Shown here in pieces: positions 55,084 to 64,000 of a stretch of 64,000 nucleotides of DNA. The stretch covers positions 1 to 64,000 of the forward strand of contig OZ025686.1 of assembly GCA_964019335.1 (NCBI GenBank). Reading direction: 5' to 3'. The notes beneath the pieces were generated by a model. It had not been told where the DNA came from and did no database searches. It saw only the letters and a list, made by a program, of their open reading frames with translations. Source of the stretch: Diplonema japonicum (taxonomy: Eukaryota; Protista; Euglenozoa: Diplonemea). Made by a program: the position numbers and the translations under genes. The stretch's first letter is position 1. Every line of letters begins with the position of its first letter.

Positions 55084-56717
55084 TTAAATGTGACATTGTG
55101 TAATGCATGAACGGAAGTCAGTGGGCTGTGTGGGTTAATAAATGAAGAAGAAGAAGAAAAAAAAAATACACACCTTGGACACAGGGTGCGGGACGATGAC
55201 GGGTGCAGGCTTGGGCTTTGGCGCTGGTTTAGGCGCTAAGGACGGGCAGTTGTGCCAGTTGGCGAGGGCGTTCTGAGGGGAATTGTTGAAAAAAAAAAAA
55301 AACTCGATCTATTTTTGCGGTGCCCTGGTTGGTGCCCACCGTGGACGGGGGATCCTACACGTGCCTGTCACCATTCTGCGGTTGCATCCTGGTGCCGGCC
55401 GTCGGGGTTTGCCTGTCCGTCATGGACGGCATCTGCGCTAAGAACATCGGTCGCAGTCCCTCCAAATAGGGGGCTGTTTGGGTTGACGAGAACAGGGGTC
55501 TCTTGTCGTAGCCATGCATCGCTGGTGCGCCCAGGTTTCTCAGGGAGTGTACTCTGGTCATCCTTCTTGCCGGGAAGCCGCTTTTGTTGCCCTTTGCCGC
55601 ACATGCTTGCACTCTATTGAGGATGTACCGCAGACGTGCGGCTTTTCTCTCCAACAGACTGCTCTCCCCATGTTCCCCGTATAAGGATATACCGGTCGTC
55701 ATCTCAAAATCAATTGCCAGCTCCATCGTGGTGATTGACGTCTTCTTCGATCCTAGGTACCACCTCAGACCTTGCAGCCAGGGTAGCACATGTTTCAACT
55801 GCTTTTTCAGTATCTCACCCGTTGCTCCGTGCGCAACAAGCATCTCCTCCGTCGGTACCGGGCATCTTGTTCCGGTCGTCGTCTCTTTCCAAGGATATGG
55901 TCTTATAACATGCACCGTCCTCTCCGCTGCTCTACTGTCACGCAACGCCACCACTCGCACCAGGTAGCTCTGCACCAGTCGCGCTTGTTTCTGCACTTCC
56001 GCTCCCGTTCCTCTCACCACTACACCGTGTAGCGCCGTTGCTTTCGGCAGCCCTTCTCTTTTGACCTCCGCGTACACACTTTCCTGCTGCGCTTGTCTCG
56101 CAGGGGCACACTCCCACAGCGCGTGCTCTGTGATCTGCTCCGTCGTCTCCGCCTGGTGGTCGCAGACATCACATGTGAGCAGGTCTTCAGACGGCTCAGC
56201 GTACGTCGCTCCGTATAGGCATGCTGGCAGCACCGTGCCGAGTAACATTTCCGTCTTGTTATGAAACGTGAGTGGTAGCGCGCCGAGTCGCGCAAGTTCG
56301 TCTTCCGCCGATTTTGTCTTCGTGAGTCGGTGTTTCCCGTCTGTGCATAGCATTACACCCAACGACTTCACCTCTTGTTTGACCTTGAAGGACATGTCAG
56401 AGCATTCTAACTTCTCCTCTAGTTCATCCGTTTTTGTGGTGAACGCATGTGATTTGTCCACATTTAGTAGCATGCCCGTTGCGTTACAGAACTCCACCGT
56501 TTTTTCTGCTGCAGCTTTGAGGGCCTTCCTGAGAATTGCGAGCAAGTAGGCATCATCGGCGTATGATAAGGACCATGCCCCCGGCACTTCAACTGTCACA
56601 CACCTCACCATCACCGACACCATCGCGTTCACCAAAAAAAAAAAAACAAAAAAAACATACCAAAGCGACCTTCACATCCCCAACGGATGATGCGTCGAGA
56701 CAGGTTTGGATGGGCAT
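55084..56717 (-). CDS. Three-exon 65-aa micro-protein (exons 56717-56661, 55272-55174, 55125-55084)
   Basis: ATG, two phase-0 GT-AG introns and an open spliced frame to TAA; intron 1 holds the LINE fragment. Confidence 0.55.
55303..56633 (-). mobile_element. 5'-truncated, apparently internally deleted non-LTR retrotransposon (LINE) fragment
   Basis: ORF 55355-56635 with SYADD, LNVDKS, SLGV and a C-terminal CxxC...H...C zinc motif (CDVC...EHALWEC). Homopolymer runs bound it on both sides. Confidence 0.82.
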
Positions 56718-56875
56718 GTTCTTTTTTTCCTCTTTTTTTTTTTTTTTAGTGTATAAAAAACAACAAAATGTGTAGCTGTTAAAAATTTTTTTCTTTAAAA
56801 ATTTCCCAACAAAAAAAAAAAAGCACTTTTAAATAAATTCACACACACTCACACACCCCCTTCCACCCTTATTCC

Positions 56876-57057
56876 TTATTCCTTTGCGTTGATTTTGATT
56901 TCGACTGGCCGTTCCAGATACACGTAAACCCTCATGAAGTCCGGGTGTTTCCACCTCCTACCAAACCCATCCATAAACCGCTCACCCCTTCGGTACTGCA
57001 GATTAATCTCTTTAATGGTATCAATTTTATAAACGTTTTGGAGGTACAGCTGTGAGG

Positions 57058-57088
<31 letters not shown>

Positions 57089-57420
57089 CCCCCTGAAAAA
57101 CTTACCTCAATTTCAGATTCGGAGAGCTTTGGTGAGGCTCTGAAGACTACAAGAGTGGTAGGGTGCAGCACGCTGTGGATTTCCAAAGTGAGGTCAAAAT
57201 CAGGAAAATTGAAGTCCAAATCAGTTTTTTTCCCAGCTTTGCTCTGCCGCAGGGCGCTTGGCTCAGGGTCATAGTCCTTTGCTACCTTCCACTGAAGAGG
57301 TGCAGTATTCGTGACAGGCTGGTTGTACCTGTCACCCATGTTGATGTTTGCAGGCTGCCATGACGCAGGGTAGCCTACTTGCCGTCTTGCACACCGCACC
57401 GCACTTCTTCCTGCCAACAT
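56876..57420 (-). CDS. Mitochondrial ribosomal protein uL23-like, 2 exons
   Basis: Arg-rich presequence; VVFRASPKLSESEIE|LYLQNVYKI...FMRVYVYL after removing intron 57050-57105. Confidence 0.75.
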
Positions 57421-58323
57421 TTTTTTTTTCCTCTTTTTTTTTTGAGATTGAAAAAAAAACTTTTGTAAAATGGGAAACAATAAAACAACAATACTTAAAT
57501 CACTGAACTGCCCCCCCCCCCCCCCCCCCAAAAAAAAACAAATAATTTTCTCCTTTAGCGCAACAATCAATCGAACCTTAACTTTTAAGAACCATGGACG
57601 GGGAAGGGGGGGGGAAGGGTGGGTTTATATTAAGAATAAAAAAGGGGGGGAGGAGGGGGTGATATTTTCTCGCTCTTTTTTTTTCTTCTTTTTTCTTTTT
57701 TGAGAAATAATATTTTCTCTTCTCCCTCCACCTTCTTTTTCTTTCCTCATTGCTTCTTCCTCAAGGAGGAGCAAAAAAAAAGAAGAATAGCTGCCTCAAG
57801 GGTTTTGCCTGCCCAAGCTCAGTATCGGAGTTATAGCCACCAAGGATAAGGGTTTGCAGGCAATATGAGAAAAAAACTCTTTTCTTTTCAATTTCTTTTG
57901 GAAGAAAAGGGAAAGAAGAACGGGGGAGGGTAAAAAAAAAAAAAAAAGAAAAATACAAAAGGGAAAGAGGGAAATAGATAAGCAAGGGATCAAAAAAGAC
58001 AAATTAAAGCAGCTACAAAAAAGGGTGATGGTGCCGAAAGTGCTTTTTTAATTTTTTCTTTTTTTTTATTTTTTTTCTTCTTCTTCTTGTTGGTCATCGT
58101 CACAGGTTGGCTAACGTCAAAATGGTAAAAGGAATGAGATTCTGCAGCTTAAAAAGGGGAAACATAAACTTTTTTTTAAAAACTATTATTTTCGTTCTTT
58201 TTTTTTTATTCCGTCCGAATTTTTTACAGACTTTCAATCGAGCCTGCACCACACGCACACACACACAAAATGCTCCAGTTGACATTTTTTTTAATAAAAA
58301 ATTCGTTTTTTATTCTCTTGCAT

Positions 58324-59544
58324 CTAGTTCTTGTACTTCATGGTCTCGAGGGAGAACCCGGGCATGGGCCACTTCTTGGCGAAGGCCTCGACCTCTTCGC
58401 GGAGGGTGACGATGTCCTTGGAGGCGTTGAGGGCGGGGAGGAAGTCGGTGAGCTTCTTCCCGACCTTGCCCTGGAGGGCGAGGCAGATGTTGGCGGCCTT
58501 CTCGTAGAAGGCGACGACGGTCTCCATGTCGGCCTCCACCATCCCACGGGTGGTGAGGGCGCCTGCCCCGATACGGATGCCGCCGGGGTTCAGGGCGGAG
58601 GTGTCGGTCGACACCGTGTTCTTGTTCACAGAGATGGACACGAGCTCCAGGGCGCGCTCCATCTTCGCCCCGGACAGGCCGAGGGGCTTCAGGTTCCACA
58701 CCACCAAGTGGTTCTCCGTCCCGTCCGTCGTGAGCTTCCACCCCCTCTTCTTGCAGCTGTCCGCGAAGGCGACCATGTTCGCCCTCACCTGCTTCGAGTA
58801 GGCCTTGAACTCCTCCGTCATCACCTCCAGCATCTGCGTCCCGACAGCCGCGATCTGGTGCTCGTGGGGACCCCCCTGGAGACCGGGGAAGACCGCCATG
58901 TTGATCTTGTCCGTCCAGCCCGTCTGCGACCCATCCTTCCTGTGCGTCTTCCTGAAGAAGATCATCCCGGAGCGGGGACCCCTCAGAGACTTGTGCGTCG
59001 TCGTCGTCACCACATCCGCCCACTTGAACGGGGACTCCGCCTCCCCGGTCGCCACCAGCCCGCTGATGTGCGCCATGTCCATCATCAGAAGAGCCCCCAC
59101 CTCGTCCGCGATCTCTCTGAAGGTCTGGTACGGCCATTCACGGGGGTAGGCAGACCCTCCCATGATCAGGATCTTCGGGCGGAACACCTTCGCCATGCGA
59201 CGAAGCTCGTCCGTGTCCAAGTACCCGTCCTCCTTCACCCTGTAGGGGAGGGACTCGAAGTAGATCGACGTCGCAGAGATCTTCTTCTTTGCTGTGTAGT
59301 ACCCGTGCGTCAAGTGCCCACCACTCGGGAGGTCCAGACCCATGATGCGGTCGTGCGGCTGCAGGAGACCGGTGTACACTGCGAAGTTAGCGGACGACCT
59401 GAAGGTTTTTTTTTTTTTTTTTTTCTTTTTTTTTCTTTTTTGGAGGGAGGGAATACCCAGAGTAGGGCTGCACGTTCACATTCCAGTCATCGGTGTTGCA
59501 CCCGAAGGCCTGGAGGCACCTGTCCTTGGCCAGCTGCTCAACCT

Positions 59545-59578
<34 letters not shown>

Positions 59579-59913
59579 TTGTTTTTTCTTTTCTTTTTTT
59601 TTTCTCTTCTTCTTTTATTATATCTCTTCTTTCCCTCACACCTGGTCGATGATCTCGTTACCACCGTAGTACCTGTTCCCCACCTCACCCTCCGAGTACT
59701 TGTTCGTGAGGCACGACCCCATGCACTCCATCACGGCGGTCGAGGTCAGGTTCTCAGAGGCAATCTGTGTGTGTTGTGGTGTCTCTTCGTCATTCTTGTC
59801 GAACTCCATACCATCTCAAGACCGGCCCACTGCCTCCTCTTCTCCTGCTCGATGAGGTCCCACATCTTCTCATCGTGGTCCTTCAGAGGAACGCTGCCCT
59901 GGCACTTTGCCAT
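58324..59913 (-). CDS. SHMT: Serine hydroxymethyltransferase, 4 exons
   Basis: [43 protein letters not shown] and FPGLQGGP; introns 59765-59811, 59543-59641 and 59399-59456. Confidence 0.97.
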
Positions 59914-60842
59914 TGTTGATTTTTTGTTTTGTTTTTTTGTTGTCGGTAGGCTGAAGTGAATGCTGAGCGTGGCATGCAAAGAAAACCAGAAAAAGAGAAG
60001 GAAAAAAAAAAAAAAAAAAAGAAGGAAAAAGAAGAAGAAGAAGGAGAAAGAAAGAAGGAAAAAAGCAATCGATCATAAGCTAGTTCTTTTTTTTTTTTTT
60101 TTTTTCGCACCTTCCCCTCCGGTCCTCAAAGGGCGGGTATATGCAGCAGCTTCGCATGAGGACCATGCAGAGCCGCCGCGTGCCACCCGCCCATCGTGGC
60201 CGGGCATGAGGGGAAGGCGCACCGTCACGCGTAGACAAAGAACATACAAGGACACCATGTGTGCACATCGTGTCCAAAGGTGCTACGTGCATCTAATGAA
60301 CGCGCAAAGGTCGCCTTTAAAGGCAACAGAAAGAGAGAACAAAAAGGGGTATGAGGGTAAGATGGGATTCTTTTAAAAATAAAGCCTGTTGGAGGAATTA
60401 AAAGAGCGGACAGTGGGGGAAGAACCTGCCTTGGCAGCCATCATCCCTCAGCACCTTTGGTGGCGTCTCAAGAATAAAACAGCGCTGCTGGCAAGAAAAC
60501 TTCCGGTGGGCGGCCCTGTCTTCATTTTGAAGGAGAGAATAAAAAATAAAAAAAAGAAAAGAAACGAAATACAAAAAAAAAAAGCCCTCAGATCTGAAGA
60601 TCTGAAGGGCAGTATTTCTCACTTTCTTTTTCGTTTTCTTTTTTTCTTCTTCTTCCCCCTCCTTCTCTTAATAGTTTTGTGGAAACGAATACTGATACTG
60701 ATTTTTTTTTTTTTTTTTCAAATTCTTCTTTCTTTTCTTTTTTTTTTTTTCCCTTTTTCTTTTACTTTATTTCTTCGTTGGGACGCATGCCGGAAAAGCT
60801 AGTACCGACATACAGAGAATTACAAAGAACATGCCATGAACC

Positions 60843-61265
60843 TTATAGCATGAGCTCGCCTTTGTTGAATCGGATGATGTAAGTGATGATAGTGTTTGCC
60901 ATTTCTGGGTCAGCTGAGTACCAGTAGTCGAGGTTCTTCAGAAGAGAAGTCGAGAATAGGTCTGTCCTCGGGAGTGAGGCCACTGTGCCGTCAGGGAGCG
61001 CCACTTCGAGCATCTCCTGTGTGGCCGCCACCACGGTGACCAGGGAAGGCGCACACATGCTGTCATCAGCGCGGCACCTCATCTGCACTGCCTCACCGTC
61101 GCCTAGGAATTGCGCAGATTTCAGGTAGCTCTTCGCCAGCCTCCTTGCAAGGTTATCCTTCATGTCCACCTCACTTCTACTGTTTGCATGCACAGCAGTG
61201 GTCCCCTGCATAGCATTGAACCCTGCCACCCCCGCCAACCCCGCAAACAAACGACGTGCAAACAT
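60843..61265 (-). CDS. Small hypothetical protein with probable mitochondrial presequence
   Basis: MFARRLFAGLAG N-terminus; 140 aa. Confidence 0.6.
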   Translation of the reverse strand: MFARRLFAGLAGVAGFNAMQGTTAVHANSRSEVDMKDNLARRLAKSYLKSAQFLGDGEAVQMRCRADDSMCAPSLVTVVAATQEMLEVALPDGTVASLPRTDLFSTSLLKNLDYWYSADPEMANTIITYIIRFNKGELML

Positions 61266-61348
61266 TGTGATTGAGATCAACCTTTTTTTTTTTCCCTCTT
61301 GCAAATTTAAAAAAATTAAAAAAAAAAAAAAAAGAAACGCTACAAGTT

Positions 61349-62191
61349 TTACGGTGTAAACTTGAACATGCCCCCTTCGGAGGGTTTCGCGGACGGCTTG
61401 GTGAGTCGCTCCATGCTGCCCATGTTGAATGAGAACATGCCCCCGTCAGCAGGTTTGGCTGGCTTGGGCTTCTCTGCCCCAGATGTGGAACTGTTAGTGT
61501 TGCCGCCCCACTTGAACCCTTCTGGCAACTTCATAGTGGCTGATGGGTTGAACTCAAACACTATGCCTGACACATCACAGTCATTGCCGTCTTCGGCTGT
61601 CTCTTCCTCCGCTTCTTCTTCCGCCCACTCTTCTTCCCCGCCTTCAGCACCACCTTCTTGACCCTCCACGTCTTCGCACTCCTCGTGCTCGCCTTCAGTC
61701 ACACGGTTGACAACAGCAGATGAAGCTTTTGGGAGAACTGCCTTTGTGAAGGTAAGTCTCTGCTTTGGTTCAACCTGTCCCGGTAACGGGTACTGAGCTG
61801 CTTGGGACTCTAGTAGCCCAACGTCTTCTTTGAGCTTTGCAGCTGCCTGGTAGGCAGGCAGTGCAAAGTCTTCATGGGTCGGGTCCCGCTTGAATTCTGA
61901 ACGAAACCGGAGCAGCCATTGGCGCCACTTGTCGGCCTTGTTTTTGTGCCTGTCGTGGATGTCTCTAACCTCCGCCTCGCTTAGATCCTTCAGCACCGGC
62001 TTGCTGCACTCCTTCTTCAGCTCTTCAAATTCCATGCGCAGTTTCTTCACAAACTTGTACTCCTCCCTCTCAAGATCTTCCACCTTCGGTGGCCTCTCGA
62101 ACTCTTCTTCAAACCTCTTTTTCCATGTCTGTAGCTTTCTCCCCACCTCCCTCTTCTTGCTCTCATCCACCTCCCTCTTCCTTTTATGCAT
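61349..62191 (-). CDS. Protein with two Sld2/RecQL4-N-like W..F...R.P...D repeats and an acidic/Phe-Gly tail
   Basis: LQTWKKRFEEEFERPPKVEDL and WRQWLLRFRSEFKRDPTHEDF. Confidence 0.6.
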   Translation of the reverse strand: MHKRKREVDESKKREVGRKLQTWKKRFEEEFERPPKVEDLEREEYKFVKKLRMEFEELKKECSKPVLKDLSEAEVRDIHDRHKNKADKWRQWLLRFRSEFKRDPTHEDFALPAYQAAAKLKEDVGLLESQAAQYPLPGQVEPKQRLTFTKAVLPKASSAVVNRVTEGEHEECEDVEGQEGGAEGGEEEWAEEEAEEETAEDGNDCDVSGIVFEFNPSATMKLPEGFKWGGNTNSSTSGAEKPKPAKPADGGMFSFNMGSMERLTKPSAKPSEGGMFKFTP

Positions 62192-62433
62192 GTTTCCTAT
62201 CCTTGCTTGTTGAACATGCGGTTCACATGTACGACAAAATAAAATGCCCGATATACAAACCACACCGTGTCAGGCATGCAGGTGCACCTGCGGTGTCACT
62301 CATAACTATACTATTCCAGCAAGGGAAGGTCACCACTGCCGTGTCGTATGTACTGAAAGGAGGGTGTAGTTGTTTTCACAACACGGTAAGGGGGGGGGGA
62401 TCTTTTTGAAAAAAAAGTGATCCGAATCGTCGA

Positions 62434-63472
62434 TCAAGGGGAGTAGATGTATGTAGGCTGTGTGTTGCTGTTTTGTTGAACGGGTGCTGCATACCTTTCC
62501 GTGTATGTTTCTTAGCTTTTTGTGGAAGTGCGTGTGCCCGGTGTGTTTGGAGGGCTGCTTCCTCGGAAGCTTCGCAGCAGGGCAGTGTGCAATCTCTGGT
62601 TTCACGAAGGCAATCTGCTTGGTGGAGAGGAAGTCTCTGTCCTCGGGGAGGATTGAGATTTGCCTTGTGCCAACACGGTGAGCAGGGGTCCCCCCTGAGG
62701 GTCTTGTGAACATGCTGTTGTATGTGCTGTTGGAGTCGAATCTTGTTGCAGGCAGGACACGTGTCGGGGGCTTGATCGGCGTTCTTCTGTCGCCCTCCTC
62801 CCCAAGGTAGGCGACCTGCGACGTAGTAAGGTGCTCGAAAGCTATTTTGGGCGGCAATCGATTCTTTTGCCTGACTCTGGTGGACTGCGATAGTTCTTTC
62901 GGTCCGTGTTCGGACTGATAAGTGCTCTTTGCAGTAAACCTCGACCTGACAGGCGGTGCGGACTGCGGCCTACGGTGCCTTGCAGGCACATCATGCGGCA
63001 CATACGCACAAGAGTTGGTTGTTGCAAAGTGGTTAGGATCAAAAGTACCTTGATTCAGTTGAGAATTCCTTGGCTTGACGTACTTCCCCTGCGGATCATG
63101 CCACGGGTAGTCTCTCTGGTAAGCCGTCTGGATGTCCCCATAGCGCGACATTGTCGTGTGCAGCTTGCAGTTATGCTTCCCGCAGTCGCAGATCTCGCAA
63201 ATGCAGTCCAGCTTATGCCCACTTGCAACACTTATATAACTCAGCCCGCTTGACATCTCACTGTTCTGGTACATGTCCCCCGTCCTTACACTTAATGCGT
63301 CGTCGGCTTCCCCATTGTCCTCCGACTCGATGCTCATGCTGGGGCGTGCCCACTGCGTCACCCCCGTCATCGTGTTGCGGAAGTAGGTCTTTCCGTTTTG
63401 CTTAGAGACATCAGACTCCCAGCCAGGAGGCAACGATACATCTTTAGGTCGGATCCGACCTGTGAGCGTCAT
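62434..63472 (-). CDS. WW domain + SAXO/STOP-like microtubule-binding protein
   Basis: LPPGW...YFRN...TQWARP, CICEICDCGKHNC and repeated T/S-Y...Y Mn-like motifs; short last intron. Confidence 0.8.
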
Positions 63473-63971
63473 TTTCCCTGTTTACCTGTATACTTGTAAA
63501 GTGGAGCTTGGTGTGAAAGGAATACAGTGTGATGACGAAGTCCTCGTCGGCAGCGACGTACCACATGTGCACTTTGTAGTCGGCGTAACCTTCGCCCCAT
63601 TGCACGTTGCGTACGGAGTACGCGCCTGAGCGTGGTGGGTAGCGCTTTGAGTCGACTGCGCGGAGCTGCTCGTAGAACATGAGGTCGGTGCCCTCAAGAG
63701 TGTGCTCGTTGTAGTACCGCATGGGGTGCTGCTTTTCCTCTTTCTTCACAAGTGTTGCGTCGCTCAGTTGTGCATCAGTCAGCTCGATATACGGCCCATG
63801 GTCACCGTAGACGACTCGTGAGTATCCTGACAGCGACACAGGCCTGCCCTGGTGGTGTATCTTCACCTCTGTGCTGCCTTGCTCGATCAGCAGTGGGTAC
63901 CTGGCCTCAACCCTCTTTTTGTCCACAGCTCTGTTGTCTGTCAAACACGTCGTTTCACGCTTTGTCCGCAT
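63444..63971 (-). CDS. Hypothetical protein (GY.R.V.GD.GPY.E / YADY motif), possibly incomplete at the window edge
   Basis: 175-aa ORF with GYSRVVYGDHGPYIEL and GYADYKVHMWYV. Confidence 0.6.
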   Translation of the reverse strand: MRTKRETTCLTDNRAVDKKRVEARYPLLIEQGSTEVKIHHQGRPVSLSGYSRVVYGDHGPYIELTDAQLSDATLVKKEEKQHPMRYYNEHTLEGTDLMFYEQLRAVDSKRYPPRSGAYSVRNVQWGEGYADYKVHMWYVAADEDFVITLYSFHTKLHFTSIQVNRENDAHRSDPT

Positions 63972-64000
63972 TGCGTGGATGCACTCCCCCCAGCAGCACC

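Overview
Eukaryotic genomic DNA, most likely from a diplonemid (Euglenozoa). A near-perfect diplonemid-type spliced-leader (SL) exon is present, all of the roughly 30 protein genes lie head-to-tail on the minus strand, and genes carry many tiny GT-AG introns. The left 10.5 kb is a CRE/SLACS/CZAR-clade non-LTR retrotransposon with an unusual build. It starts exactly at a 38-nt SL exon (10489-10526) and encodes AlkB dioxygenase, hydrophobic segments, zinc fingers, OTU protease, reverse transcriptase, restriction-like endonuclease and a ~700-aa tail. A 1.54-kb tandem duplication of two diverged copies frameshifts it. This is the best candidate for an undescribed system. The rest is a co-oriented gene cluster: caspase-fold coiled-coil protein, rhomboid, PSP1-C protein, LRRC51-like, TPR-SET, histone-fold, PPR, ARM-like protein, two alpha-carbonic anhydrases (one predicted acatalytic), BRCT protein, PEX11, two identical GSTs flanking a membrane-anchored GH45-GH5-CBM1 cellulase, threonine dehydratase, mitochondrial uL23, SHMT and WW-SAXO. 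It also holds a non-autonomous hAT element and a LINE fragment inside an intron of a 65-aa micro-gene. All domain calls are motif recognition by eye; no searches were run.
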